Shown piece by piece: positions 33,415-48,840 of a stretch of 64,000 nucleotides of DNA. Every line of letters starts with the position of its first letter. Position 1 is the stretch's first letter. Source of the stretch: an uncultured cyanobacterium (GTDB lineage: Bacteria; Cyanobacteriota; Cyanobacteriia; Cyanobacteriales; Cyanobacteriaceae); the NCBI GenBank assembly GCA_963710605.1, contig CAVQBA010000006.1, positions 384,001 through 448,000 of the forward strand. Reading direction: 5' to 3'. The notes below the pieces were generated by a model, which was not told where the DNA came from, did not search any database, and was given only the letters and a program-made list of their open reading frames with translations. Position numbers and translations under genes: made by a program.

Positions 33415-36400
33415 CTAAAATCTTCTTTGAAACTCAATCACCGCTCTACTATCCTGCTCAAAATTACTAGAGCCTCTAATAATAATATCCTCATTTAAAT
33501 GGTAGCGAAGACTATATCTAGGTGCTTGAGAATTCGTGATAATTTTAGTTACTGAAATAGAAAAATCATCAGTTAAATCAAGAGCTAATTCAGCCCCTAA
33601 ACCAAATGTTGATGTTCGCTCTTTAGAATCAATTATTTGAGTAGGAAAAAGCCTAAACTCGTCAAAACCAAGTGTTTCTTGTAATGCTCCTTGAATTCCT
33701 CCTAAAACAGCGGCACTAGCAAAGTTTAGTAAATTCAACTCACTATTTTCACTTGCAAAATTATTAATAAATCCTCCTCCTAAAAGAGCTACAATTTCTG
33801 TTTGGTTACGACTAGGATTACTACTTAATTCGATATTATTATTTAAGTTATCACTTCTACCTTGAATATCAGCTTTAATTTTAATTGTTTGAGCTGTATT
33901 AATTGCAAAATTACTTAAATCTTCAATTTCATTTGAGTTAGAATTATTCGGTAACTGATAACGACTTGCTTGAGTTACATAAGTTTCTAATTGTAAATCA
34001 AGATATGGATTAAATCCATTTTCAGGGGTAAACTTAGCTATATTATTTCTTCCTTCAACTAACTTTAATTGACTAGTAAATAGATTTATTTTTCCTGAAC
34101 GTAGGTTAATAATTCCTTCTGGAGATAGACTATTCAAACTCCCATTTAAGTTTAAACTTCCTTCAGCTTTTAGTCTTAATAATATTGGTTGGCTAATGTG
34201 TATATTATCGCCTAAAACTAAAGATAGATCATTAACTTCTATTCCGTTGAAGTTATTTTTTTTAGTCTTTTTAGTAGTCGAGTTATTTTCTTTTTTGGCT
34301 ATCTTAATATCTCCATCTGTCATCGTTATATTACCACTAACAGATGGCTCGATTGAGCTACCAGTTATTGTCAAATTACCATTAGCTTCTCCTCGATATA
34401 AATTGTCTAAATTTAAGGAAAGATTATCAAACAAAATGTCTAAGGATTGACCTTTAATATCCTTGTTAACGATCGGTAAACTACCCAAAAGAGAAATTTG
34501 CCCCCCATTAAAGTTACCACTCAAATTAGATATATTTAACTGAGCAAAATTAAACAAAACTTGACCATTAATATTAGTAATTGGCTCTTGATTAAGTATT
34601 TCACCATTTATAATACCATCTTCAAAACTAGCAATTCCTTCGGTTTGAATTTGCGAAACCTCATTTCTAGCTTGGTTATATTTACCCTTAATATCTAAAT
34701 CAATATTACCATTACCATCTATCCAATTAAGTCGATTATCAGTTGCAATACCCAATAGAGAAAAACCTTCTTTTTCTAAATCAAATTTTACCTTAAAATC
34801 ATTATTATCAGGCTCAATTGAATTAGGAAATAATTTAAAAGGAATACTAGCAATAACTGTAAAATAATCAATACTTTCATCGAAACTACTTTTAGCTAAA
34901 AAATCTATTCGAGAATTTCTAAAACCAAGACTCGCAGTCGCTTTTTCTACACTATTGCCGTTTATTGTTGAATCAACAATTTCAATATTTCCTCTCGCTG
35001 AAGGTTTTTCTTGACTACCACTAACAGCTATATTGGCATTAATATCTCCTTTAATATCAAAAGAATCAGGGATATTTAAAAAAGGTTTTAATTGACTAAC
35101 AGGAAAATTGGCTAAATTTATATCACCACTTATTTTCTCAGGTTGAAACGTCCCTGTTAAAGATAAAATACTTTCATTACTTTTAATCGTAACAGGTCGA
35201 AAAGTCAACAAACCATTTTTATAACTGCCCGACAACTGAAGTAAATCACCTTCGTATTTACCCCATTGCCATTTATCACCTAGAAAATCAAACTCAGCAT
35301 TCACTCCATTATCAACCGAAGCCGTTAAATTAATGTCACCTGTAAAATCACCATTTAATTCTTCAAGTTTTGGCAACGTTGCTTTGACTCTTTCTCTATT
35401 TTCTTGAGCAACTTGATTCTCTATTTGACGATAATAAGAAAGATTATCTAGTAAAGATTTATCACCACTATTAATCGAAATCAAAGGTTTTGTTGGCTTA
35501 GTTGATTTTAAACTATTATTTATTTGTGATAATGATGAATTAGCTGATTCGGATTTTTCTTTTATTTTTAGTTGGTTAGAAGCAGTTGATGAAGTATATT
35601 TTTCTACTGGTATTGTCTCTGATTGATTTGAAGTGTCAGGTATAAATTCTTGCTCTTTTTCTGTATCTAATTCATCACTGTAACTAACATTATTAATTGA
35701 TTGTGTTTGTGTCTCAAATTGACTAATATTGTTAGTATCTGTAACTGACTCTGTTTGTTTGTCTAATTGATTTGAAACACCTATATCTTTAATTGACTCT
35801 GTTTTTAACTTAGCTGAAGAAGAAGTTAATCCCAAATCATCAGTGCGAATAGGGAGTAAAAAATTATTAACATCAGTTTCAGTCTTATTTTTCCTATTTT
35901 CATCATTTTGCTCAAAATTACTTGCAGAAGAATATAAATCTTGACTTGTGGCATATTTTCGAGGCTTGAAACCATCGGGGATGTCTCCAAGTTCAAAAAA
36001 TTGTAAACTAGTTAGTAAATTTTGCAGATTTCCTTTAGCTACTTGTAAATTTGCTTGAAGTTGAGGATTCTCAGCAAATGGATTCAATTCTCCTGTAAAG
36101 TCATACTGGTTTGTCTGGTGTTTTAAACTACCTTTAGTGATAGTAAAAATACCATTATTAGATGTTAATTGTGTAGTAAGAATATCTCCTTGCAAATGAT
36201 TAACTTGAGGTTTAATGATAACAACATCAGCATCAGTCACATTATAATCAGTTAGATTTAGATTAATCTCTCCTGAAAGACTACCCCCTACTTTATCAAC
36301 TTGGGAAGGAAAATAACTCAGCCAAGGTTGTGTAACTTGATTTAAAGGTATATTCTCCAGATTAAAAGCTAAATTACCATCTATTTTTTTACCTTGTATT

Positions 36401-39018
36401 TTTGTCTTATCAGTTTGTAAATAGAGATTTTGCGGTTGATAGTTTTGATTTAGTCGTAAAGATAATTTATCGTTATTTTGAAGAGAATCTAAATTTAAGC
36501 TGACACCTTCTGTTGATGATGCGATTAAATCGCCTTGAAGGGGCGAAAAACGCAGATTAGCCAATTGCAAATTATCAACATCAACTTTACCTTTTAGTTG
36601 AGGAGAAGAAACATTACCTGCAAGTTTTCCTTGAAAGTTTATTTTACCTTGATAGTTTAATAATGCTAAAGATTTTGGTAAGGGTAATCGATCGATATTT
36701 ACTTGTTGAGCGTTAACATCTAAATTAATATCAGTGACGTTTTTTTTATTTAAATCATAGTTGATAATTCCTTTTGCTTGAATACCATCGTTTATAATTG
36801 CTTTTTTGATTTGTATGTTGTTACCATTCCATCTAAAAGCGACATCAAGTGGTTGATTGATAACACTGATTCCTTTTGTTAAATTTAAATTTCCATCAAC
36901 TGTGATAAACTGCGGTTGCAATTGATTGATATTACCAACTATAGTTAAGTCACCAATTGCATCTCCTCTTAATGTTGGATTGATATTGGTTAAGGTAAAA
37001 TTTTTGGTAAAAGTTTGGGCAATAAAGTTATCTTTTTGAAGTGTAAAATTATTTATTTGAATATCACCTTGAGGTAAATTAAGATTACCTTTTCCTTTTA
37101 TTTCAATATTTTCACGGTTATTAAAGTTTCCTGCTATTTGTAAGTTAGCACTTAAGTCAATATTGTTTTTAATTGGTGATGATGTTAAATTAACTGATGG
37201 TAATTGTGATATATCGAAATTATTAATTTTGGCTGATGTTTGCCAATTACTACCATTTATCTGAGTATTTTCTAACCTCACCTTATTTTCAGCTAAGTTA
37301 AAATTAAAATCGCCTAGTAAATTAATACTATCAGTACTAAAGTTGTTTGTTTTACCTGATACTTGAAATGTACCGTCTAATAGAGAATTTTGGCAACCAA
37401 TTTTATTACAATCAAGATTAGGTAATTCAGCTAATGGGAAAGATGATAAGTTAACTTTTCCTTGCCAAGTTTGATTATCTATTTTTAATTGGTTAATGAC
37501 AGCTTTACCACTACTTAATTCGACTGTAGCAACTCCTGTCAGTTTCGATCGATTTATCTGTTGCCAATTACCATTAATATTATATTCACCGTTGATATTA
37601 CCTACTATATCTGGTACATTTTGCTGATATAAATTAGCTAGTTTTTTGACATCAATATTTTTTCCTTGCCAATCGAGATTGAAGCTACTATTCTGACGAT
37701 TGAGACTAATATTTCCTCTACCATTAATTTTTCCACCGATCGTTGGTACAATTTCAATATTATCAAAAGACAATTGTCTATTTTCAATTGTTAGGTTAGT
37801 TAATAATTGATTAATCGGAATTTGATCAATTTGTAGATTACGATCGTTTATTATCTTCGCTTTAACTACAGGTTGTTTTATTTTTCCTGTAATATTAATC
37901 TTTCCTTGAATTTTTCCTTTTGTGACTAACTTACCCTTATTTATTTTTAAACTTGTGAGTACATTATCGATCGTGGTAGATTTATTGGTATCTGCAATTA
38001 AGTCTAATTCTCGATAATTACTAATTACCCCTTCAATTCGGGTTGAAATTAAGCCAAAATTTGTTTTTACCCCCGTTAGAGTAATATCACCATCGGCAAA
38101 AGTAAGATTACCACTACTCTTAGTTAAAGTTTGCACTAAATTAGGAATAACAACGTTAGCTTCATCAAGTGTTATCTTTCCTTCAAGACTATTCAAATCT
38201 AGTTTGCTATTGGCAAAATTAAATTTTAACTCCCCAGTAACTACTCCCGAGTTAATATTAATTGGTAATTTGACTATTTGATTAACCGTATCTATGGGTA
38301 AATCTTTATTATTTAACTTCAATAACCAGTTTTTTCCTTGTGGCTTATACAAACCATTGCCAACTATCTTGCCACCATTAACTAAATTTCCTTGCAGATT
38401 AAATGTATATAGTTGAGGATTTTCAAAATTAATCTTAGCTACAGGAATTTTAACTTCATTAGTTTTTGGTGATATATTACCTTGATACTGATTACTTTTA
38501 ATGGTTAAATTACTGTTTTTAACAATAATTTCATTAACTGTAAAACGCCATTTTTTTGCGTTATCTTTGTTTTTTCGTAGTTGTAATTTCAACCAACTAT
38601 TATTATTGTCTTGTTGTAAATAACCTTGTGCCTGATGAAGTATTATCTCTAATTCAACTTTATTATTTACTAACTCCCAAAGATTAATTTTAATTTCCAC
38701 TTCTTGGGCAACCAAAAAGTCATTTTCTTGGTTAGTAGCAGGTAGATAACTTTTACCTATCACTATCGAGGTTAAAGAAACTGCTTTTACTTCTCCTAAC
38801 TTTATTGGGCGAGACAGATATGCACTGACTGGTTTTTCAATCATTGGTATCATTTCTTGGGTTAAAAAATACCAACTATAGCTAATTCCTCCACCTAATG
38901 ATAATAACATTAAGTAAATTAGCGATCGCCAAAAATTTGACAACTTTGCTTTACTTGAATAATTATTTTTTTGGTGGCTATTATTAGATTGAGAAGAATA
39001 GTCAGGAGTATCAATCAT
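33415..39018 (-). CDS. Translocation/assembly module TamB-like protein (DUF490)
   Basis: 1867 aa, N-terminal TM anchor, beta-rich repeats, C-terminal LSSNPSRNQTEIVALLGG and IEFQRRF. Confidence 0.88.
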   Translation of the reverse strand: MIDTPDYSSQSNNSHQKNNYSSKAKLSNFWRSLIYLMLLSLGGGISYSWYFLTQEMIPMIEKPVSAYLSRPIKLGEVKAVSLTSIVIGKSYLPATNQENDFLVAQEVEIKINLWELVNNKVELEIILHQAQGYLQQDNNNSWLKLQLRKNKDNAKKWRFTVNEIIVKNSNLTIKSNQYQGNISPKTNEVKIPVAKINFENPQLYTFNLQGNLVNGGKIVGNGLYKPQGKNWLLKLNNKDLPIDTVNQIVKLPININSGVVTGELKFNFANSKLDLNSLEGKITLDEANVVIPNLVQTLTKSSGNLTFADGDITLTGVKTNFGLISTRIEGVISNYRELDLIADTNKSTTIDNVLTSLKINKGKLVTKGKIQGKINITGKIKQPVVKAKIINDRNLQIDQIPINQLLTNLTIENRQLSFDNIEIVPTIGGKINGRGNISLNRQNSSFNLDWQGKNIDVKKLANLYQQNVPDIVGNINGEYNINGNWQQINRSKLTGVATVELSSGKAVINQLKIDNQTWQGKVNLSSFPLAELPNLDCNKIGCQNSLLDGTFQVSGKTNNFSTDSINLLGDFNFNLAENKVRLENTQINGSNWQTSAKINNFDISQLPSVNLTSSPIKNNIDLSANLQIAGNFNNRENIEIKGKGNLNLPQGDIQINNFTLQKDNFIAQTFTKNFTLTNINPTLRGDAIGDLTIVGNINQLQPQFITVDGNLNLTKGISVINQPLDVAFRWNGNNIQIKKAIINDGIQAKGIINYDLNKKNVTDINLDVNAQQVNIDRLPLPKSLALLNYQGKINFQGKLAGNVSSPQLKGKVDVDNLQLANLRFSPLQGDLIASSTEGVSLNLDSLQNNDKLSLRLNQNYQPQNLYLQTDKTKIQGKKIDGNLAFNLENIPLNQVTQPWLSYFPSQVDKVGGSLSGEINLNLTDYNVTDADVVIIKPQVNHLQGDILTTQLTSNNGIFTITKGSLKHQTNQYDFTGELNPFAENPQLQANLQVAKGNLQNLLTSLQFFELGDIPDGFKPRKYATSQDLYSSASNFEQNDENRKNKTETDVNNFLLPIRTDDLGLTSSSAKLKTESIKDIGVSNQLDKQTESVTDTNNISQFETQTQSINNVSYSDELDTEKEQEFIPDTSNQSETIPVEKYTSSTASNQLKIKEKSESANSSLSQINNSLKSTKPTKPLISINSGDKSLLDNLSYYRQIENQVAQENRERVKATLPKLEELNGDFTGDINLTASVDNGVNAEFDFLGDKWQWGKYEGDLLQLSGSYKNGLLTFRPVTIKSNESILSLTGTFQPEKISGDINLANFPVSQLKPFLNIPDSFDIKGDINANIAVSGSQEKPSARGNIEIVDSTINGNSVEKATASLGFRNSRIDFLAKSSFDESIDYFTVIASIPFKLFPNSIEPDNNDFKVKFDLEKEGFSLLGIATDNRLNWIDGNGNIDLDIKGKYNQARNEVSQIQTEGIASFEDGIINGEILNQEPITNINGQVLFNFAQLNISNLSGNFNGGQISLLGSLPIVNKDIKGQSLDILFDNLSLNLDNLYRGEANGNLTITGSSIEPSVSGNITMTDGDIKIAKKENNSTTKKTKKNNFNGIEVNDLSLVLGDNIHISQPILLRLKAEGSLNLNGSLNSLSPEGIINLRSGKINLFTSQLKLVEGRNNIAKFTPENGFNPYLDLQLETYVTQASRYQLPNNSNSNEIEDLSNFAINTAQTIKIKADIQGRSDNLNNNIELSSNPSRNQTEIVALLGGGFINNFASENSELNLLNFASAAVLGGIQGALQETLGFDEFRLFPTQIIDSKERTSTFGLGAELALDLTDDFSISVTKIITNSQAPRYSLRYHLNEDIIIRGSSNFEQDSRAVIEFQRRF

Positions 39019-39387
39019 GTGGCTTCTACTTTTATCTATCCATTGCCATTAAATATTACTTTACATTATGATATTTTTTTCTTTTTTTTGGTGAAACTTT
39101 TTATTAATTTAAAGTACTTTTTGACTATCTACTTTAACTATTGACAAAAAAAAAGGGAGAGACTTTCCCCTTTATCTTCAATAAACACTATAAATGAAAG
39201 TGAATTTCAAGTAATTAAAGTTTTCAGTTTTCTTGCCATAATTATTTTACTTTCTCTTTCAGTTATATTTTGTGACATAAATACTATCAGCAGTTTTTAA
39301 TCTATCAAGGATAAGAGAAATTTAAAAAAATCCTTAATCACCAATTAATAAAATGATATGCTTTAAGTCTTGATCAACTAAAACTAC

Positions 39388-39741
39388 CTAACCCAAAGCA
39401 GTCTCTAATTTATTTGAATTACTTATTTCTGTAATCATTGGTACTGATACTGGTTTTTTTTTCTCCTCACCTGTCTCGATTGTATTTTCGCTCACAGATA
39501 ATCGTGTGCAAGGAATTGTATCCGAAAGAATAGCACTTGCCATCATACCCGAATGAATCTCTAATAAAGCTTCCGGAAGAGTTTCAAACACTAATCTTTG
39601 CCCTGGAAATACGACTCTTTCAAAATACCAATTATCTATATTAGTAATTCTGGTGATTTGTATTTGACTTGTGGCATTTACATAACAACACAAAATTTTA
39701 TCATTCTTATCGTTAGGAACTGCATCTAATATTTGAGCCAT
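39388..39741 (-). CDS. DUF1830 family protein
   Basis: ILCCYVNATSQIQI.RI.NI.NWYFERVVFPGQRLVFE. Confidence 0.9.
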   Translation of the reverse strand: MAQILDAVPNDKNDKILCCYVNATSQIQITRITNIDNWYFERVVFPGQRLVFETLPEALLEIHSGMMASAILSDTIPCTRLSVSENTIETGEEKKKPVSVPMITEISNSNKLETALG

Positions 39742-39783
39742 AATTATAAAAGCTTTTAAAAATAATTTTTTCTTACTCCATCT

Positions 39784-39826
39784 AAGCTAACATTCATTCA
39801 TACCAATTAGTTGTAAAGATCATTAC
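39784..39826 (-). promoter_or_regulatory. Candidate NtcA-activated (class II) promoter of the DUF1830 gene
   Basis: Minus strand GTA-ATGATCTT-TAC, 23 nt, TAGCTT with preceding TG. Confidence 0.5.
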
Positions 39827-40254
39827 CAATTAAATATTATTTTCTTTTCGATCTTTTTTTTTCTAATAATTCTAAGCAATTGTTAAAAAAATATTAAAAT
39901 ATCTTTATTTAGATAATAATTACTTTAAAGTTACAAAACTAAAAACTTTTGCTTAACTAATTATAGATTGTTTTTACCTAAAAAATAAAGCTTTCTATTC
40001 TTACTTTTAATTATCTGTCTTCTTTCTATCATTTTGAACATTAAGCTTAATCTTGATTTATTTTTTTCTACATAGAGATATTAAAAGCAAAAACTAAAAT
40101 TAAAAGTTAGTACAGTAAAGCAATAATAAATAATTAAAATAAATGTATCTTGATTATTTATTTGAGCATAAATAAGACAAAAACACATTAATTATTATTG
40201 AGAATTATGAATAAATGTTAATTTAACTTTTTATTACTAGCTCATTTTTTCCAT

Positions 40255-41100
40255 TTAAATTAATTCTCCTGTAAATACTTTAGTTGTTGAACCTGTCATA
40301 TAAACATGGTTGTCTTTCTCGCACCACTCAATATCTAAACAACCTCCTGGTAACTCAACAGTAGTTTGACGATCGCATTTACCATTAAGTACACCGGCTA
40401 CCACTGTTGCACAAGCACCCGTACCACAAGCTAAAGTAATTCCAGCACCTCTTTCCCAAACACGCATTTTTAAATAATTACTTTTGACAACCTCAATAAA
40501 TTCAGTATTTGTTTTTTGAGGAAAAACTTCATGAGTTTCAAAACTTCTGCCAACTAGATTAAGATCTATATCCTCAATACTGTCCACAAAAACTAGACAA
40601 TGAGGATTACCCATACTCACACAACTTACCTTATACTCTTTTCCCATTACAGATAAAGGTTGATTAATTACTTTACCATCAGTTTCAGTTAAAGTTGTCG
40701 GAATTTGAGTAGCTTGCAAAAAAGGCTCACCCATATCTACTCGGACATTATTTTTTTCTTTAATTGTCGGGCTAATAACTCCTGCTAACGTATTAATCCG
40801 ATAAGTTTTATCAATAACTAGTTTTTGCTCTAAATCAGTAATAAACATTCCTAAACAACGAATACCATTACCACACATTTCTGGCTCAGAGCCATCAGAG
40901 TTAAAAATTCTCATTGTGTAATCAGCATCATCTGAATTACTAGATAAAACAAAAATTACACCATCAGCACCAATCCCAAAATGACGATCGCAAATTTTTA
41001 TCGCTTGTTCAGGAGAAAACAAAGGCGTATCCTTGTGACGATTATCAACTAAAATAAAATCATTACCCAGTCCGTGGTATTTGGTAAACTTCAAAACCAT
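40255..41100 (-). CDS. dapF: Diaminopimelate epimerase
   Basis: KYHGLGNDF, EMCGNG, MGNPH, WERGAG.TLACGTG. Confidence 0.97.
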   Translation of the reverse strand: MVLKFTKYHGLGNDFILVDNRHKDTPLFSPEQAIKICDRHFGIGADGVIFVLSSNSDDADYTMRIFNSDGSEPEMCGNGIRCLGMFITDLEQKLVIDKTYRINTLAGVISPTIKEKNNVRVDMGEPFLQATQIPTTLTETDGKVINQPLSVMGKEYKVSCVSMGNPHCLVFVDSIEDIDLNLVGRSFETHEVFPQKTNTEFIEVVKSNYLKMRVWERGAGITLACGTGACATVVAGVLNGKCDRQTTVELPGGCLDIEWCEKDNHVYMTGSTTKVFTGELI

Positions 41101-41139
41101 AGTTAATCTCTATCAAAATATAAACTAGTCACTATTATT

Positions 41140-41349
41140 ATGACTGAATTTAACACAGGATTTCCTAGTATCCGCCAAATTCAAACCTATATTAAAAATA
41201 AAACACCAGTTGAAGTTGCTTTGTTAAACTCCACTCAAAATATTAAAGGAATAATTCAATGGCAAGATCAAAATTGTCTTTGTTTAGTTAATAGTCAACA
41301 AGAAAAGATACTTATCTGGTTTCAAGCCATTTCTTACCTTAAGCAATAG
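41140..41349 (+). CDS. hfq: Cyanobacterial Hfq homologue
   Basis: FNTGFPSIRQIQ, G.IQWQD, IW.QAISY; divergent from dapF as in other cyanobacteria. Confidence 0.88.
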   Translation: MTEFNTGFPSIRQIQTYIKNKTPVEVALLNSTQNIKGIIQWQDQNCLCLVNSQQEKILIWFQAISYLKQ

Positions 41350-41390
41350 TAAAAGTAATCAAATCAAATTGTTTGCTCAAAAAGATACTA

Positions 41391-41762
41391 CTACTTAATA
41401 TTTTGTCTCTCGTAATTACTAACACGACAACCAAGATTAAAAATATTAGTTCCACATTCTAAAGGTACTAGTTGCTTATTTACCATCGCCGTACAGCTAA
41501 TATAACCATTACTATCAGTATCCTTAAAAACACAATTTACAGATTCACCATTCACATCATTAGTCCAAGTATTCATACTTTGTACAGCTACAAAATGTTC
41601 GCCATACAACCAAAATAACGTTAGTAAGATTAAGGAGAATACCAATACACCGAAAACTAGTAGAAGTTTCCAATTAAATAAGAGACTAGTTTTTTTTACT
41701 TGATTTTCGGCTTTAGTTGTTTTTACTTCGTCTTTTTGCTTGTTTTGCTGATCTAATTCCAT
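41391..41762 (-). CDS. Hypothetical single-TM protein with Cys-rich C-domain
   Basis: One TM helix; C..KDTDSNGYISCTA...PLECG...GCR. Confidence 0.75.
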   Translation of the reverse strand: MELDQQNKQKDEVKTTKAENQVKKTSLLFNWKLLLVFGVLVFSLILLTLFWLYGEHFVAVQSMNTWTNDVNGESVNCVFKDTDSNGYISCTAMVNKQLVPLECGTNIFNLGCRVSNYERQNIK

Positions 41763-41921
41763 GAGTCTTTTTTTTTACTAATGATTTCACTTCATCATGA
41801 TTGATGTTTTATCTAGGATAGCAATTATTTTTTCAATTAATAGATAAGGATTAAAATACTGTTATGTATAGGCTTGAGTGAAACCGATCGTCACTAAATA
41901 GAAACAAAAAGAAGAGAAAGG

Positions 41922-41950
41922 TTGACAGTAGAGAAAATAGTGGTTATATT
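41922..41950 (+). promoter_or_regulatory. rRNA operon promoter
   Basis: TTGACA-17 bp-TATATT with A-rich upstream tract; boxA-like GAACCTCGACAA follows at about 41995. Confidence 0.8.
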
Positions 41951-42147
41951 AGTAATTGTGCGTTTGAGACATCAACACCTCGAAGCCGCACATTGAACCT
42001 CGACAACTTGATATTTTTTCTAGCAATCATTAGAAATATTTTCATAACATAAAACCTTGTCAAAAAATAGTTAAATTAAAAAACAGGAATAAGTCAATCA
42101 TTATAAGTAGAAGCAACAATATGTTGCCTAAGCCGAAGTGATTAACT

Positions 42148-43639
<1,492 letters not shown>

Positions 43640-43732
43640 TAAGGGAGACTCTAATTAATGGAGTCAGCAAGGAAAAGGAAATAAAAAAAAGTGAATTGCT
43701 AGAAAAAATAGAAAGATTGAGGGGGTTACAAT

Positions 43733-43806
<74 letters not shown>

Positions 43807-43810
43807 TGAT

Positions 43811-43886
43811 GGGGGTATAGCTCAGCTGGTAGAGCGCCTGCTTTGCAAGCAGGATGTCAGCGGTTCAAGTCCGCTTACTTCCACCA
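43811..43886 (+). tRNA. trnA: tRNA-Ala(TGC), CCA encoded
   Basis: GGGGGTATAGCTCAG...CTT-TGC-AAG...GTTCAAG...TACTTCCACCA. Confidence 0.98.
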
Positions 43887-44031
43887 AAGAAAAAAAAAGT
43901 TATTATTCAGCACCGTATCGAATAACGAGCGAATGCTGGACTGATAAAAGTTCAGAGAATGAACCTTGAAAACTGCATAGAAAAGAAAGATGAACGAAGA
44001 CTCAATTAAATTGGATTGAGTTCAAGTGAAA

Positions 44032-46820
<2,789 letters not shown>

Positions 46821-46923
46821 AAAAAAAGCATTTGAATCAAGAAGAAAATGAAATTGAGTCGGAGAAAATCGGGAAATCTATGCAGTCTTGAGGGGGATTT
46901 GAATGAATCCTTTTCCAAGCAAT

Positions 46924-47041
46924 AGCTGGTGTGTGCAGCGTTGTGGAACCACTACGAACCATCTCGAACTCGTGTGTGAAACGCAACAGCGGCGACGATA
47001 CTGCGGGGGTAGCCCTTTGGGACAATAGTTCCATGCCAGCT
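46924..47041 (+). rRNA. rrf: 5S ribosomal RNA
   Basis: GCTGGTG...CATGCCAGC terminal helix, CCATCTCGAACTC, GTGAAACG, GATACT. Confidence 0.96.
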
Positions 47042-47070
47042 TTATAATTGAAAAACAAACAAACAAAAGA

Positions 47071-47103
47071 AAGAACTCCATAGATTCGGGGTTCTTTTTT
47101 TTT
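47071..47103 (+). terminator. rrn terminator
   Basis: AAGAACTCC-loop-GGGGTTCTT followed by long T run. Confidence 0.85.
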
Positions 47104-47281
47104 GTAAAAAAATCTTTGTGATAAAAAGTAAAGTACTTGGTTTATTTTATTTAATATTCACTTGATTTGACATCTTATCCTTTTGAGTGATATACAGTGT
47201 GGATAATTAATGCTTTAACAAACAACAAAAGAAGCGATGTAATTATAATAGAACGATATAAGATAATAATTTATAGAGCGA

Positions 47282-48802
47282 ATGAGTATTGGTATTTGGG
47301 TATTAGGAGATCAACTTTGGACTGAACAAGCGGCTTTATCTAGTGTCGAAAATAATCATAAAGAACAAATTTCGGTACTTTTGATCGAGTCACGTAGCTA
47401 TACAAATCAGCGTCGATATCATGGGCAAAAATTGGTATTAGTTTGGTCGGCTATGCGTCATTTTGCTAGTGAATTACGTTCAAAGGGATATTCTGTTACT
47501 TATGAAAAAATAGCTGATAATTTTGAAGCACCTTTATTAAAATGGATCAAGCAAAATCAAATTACAGAAATAAGGGTGATGACACCAAGCGATCGATCTT
47601 TTACTCAATTAATTAAAAATATCGAACTTCCTTGTAAGATTAATTTCGTTGCTAATAATCATTTCTTGTGGAGTAATGAAGAGTTTAATCAGTGGAGTAG
47701 TAGTCGAAAAGGGCTAGTGATGGAAAATTTTTATCGAGAAGGGCGTAAACGATTTGATATTTTAATGGAGGGAAAAAAACCGATCGGTGGAAAATGGAAT
47801 TTGGATAAGCAAAATCGTCGTCCTCCTAAAGGAAATATAGATACACCAGAAGCTGTGTGGTTTGAGCCAGACGAAATTACTCAAGAAGTTATAAATGAGA
47901 TAAAATCCGAGGATTTAGTTGGTTACGGAGAAATAGAGCCTTTTGGTTGGGGTGTTACACGATCGAATGCTTTGGCAGTATTAGAGCATTTTTTAACTTC
48001 TTGTTTATCTAAGTTTGGTCCGTTTCAAGATGCGATGGTAACGCAAGAAGACACGATGTGGCATAGCTTAATTTCTCCTTATCTAAACTTGGGGTTATTA
48101 ACACCGATCGAAGTAATCAAAGCCGTTGAAGAAGCTTATTACGATCGAGATTTACCATTGAACAGCATAGAAGGGTTTATTCGTCAAGTATTAGGATGGC
48201 GAGAATATATGAATGGTGTTTATCATTTGATGGATGATGATTACGAGCAAAGTAATTGGTTTAACCATAACCAACCTTTACCAGATTTTTATTGGGATAG
48301 CTCTAAAACTCAGATGAATTGTCTATCACAAACTTTATCTCAAGTCGAACGTACAGGATACGCCCATCATATTCAACGATTGATGGTATTAAATAATTTT
48401 GCTTTAATTGCAGGGGTTTCTCCTCAAGAAATTAAAGATTGGTTTCACTCAGCTTTTATTGATGCTTATGACTGGGTTATGGTTTCTAATGTTATTGGTA
48501 TGGGGCAGTTTGCTGATGGAGGAATTTTGGCATCTAAACCTTATGCTTCTTCGGCTAACTATGTTAATAAGATGAGTGATTATTGCAGTGATTGTGTTTA
48601 TAATCATCGTCAACGTACGGGTGAAAAGGCTTGTCCGTTTAATTTCTTATATTGGGATTTTATTTCTCGTCATCAAGACAAGTTAAAATCTCAAGGCAGA
48701 ATGAATTTTGTTTTTGCTAATCTTAAGCGTATAGATAAAGAAGAATTAGATGAGATTAAAGCTCAAGCTAGTTTTTGGCAAGAAAAAGGTTTTTGTCCTT
48801 GA
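47282..48802 (+). CDS. Cryptochrome/photolyase family protein of the FeS-BCP (PhrB/CryB-like) class
   Basis: LGDQL, H.QKL...SAMRHF, GGKWNLD, FG.FQDAM, GYAHHIQRLM, KMSDYC..C, ACPFN.LYW. Confidence 0.93.
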   Translation: MSIGIWVLGDQLWTEQAALSSVENNHKEQISVLLIESRSYTNQRRYHGQKLVLVWSAMRHFASELRSKGYSVTYEKIADNFEAPLLKWIKQNQITEIRVMTPSDRSFTQLIKNIELPCKINFVANNHFLWSNEEFNQWSSSRKGLVMENFYREGRKRFDILMEGKKPIGGKWNLDKQNRRPPKGNIDTPEAVWFEPDEITQEVINEIKSEDLVGYGEIEPFGWGVTRSNALAVLEHFLTSCLSKFGPFQDAMVTQEDTMWHSLISPYLNLGLLTPIEVIKAVEEAYYDRDLPLNSIEGFIRQVLGWREYMNGVYHLMDDDYEQSNWFNHNQPLPDFYWDSSKTQMNCLSQTLSQVERTGYAHHIQRLMVLNNFALIAGVSPQEIKDWFHSAFIDAYDWVMVSNVIGMGQFADGGILASKPYASSANYVNKMSDYCSDCVYNHRQRTGEKACPFNFLYWDFISRHQDKLKSQGRMNFVFANLKRIDKEELDEIKAQASFWQEKGFCP

Positions 48803-48840
48803 TGATTACTTTATGAATGAGTTAATCTGGCGATAAATGA

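Noticed and set aside
47167-47196. TTGACA upstream of the photolyase as a sigma70 promoter
   Set aside because: No convincing -10 hexamer at 16-18 bp spacing
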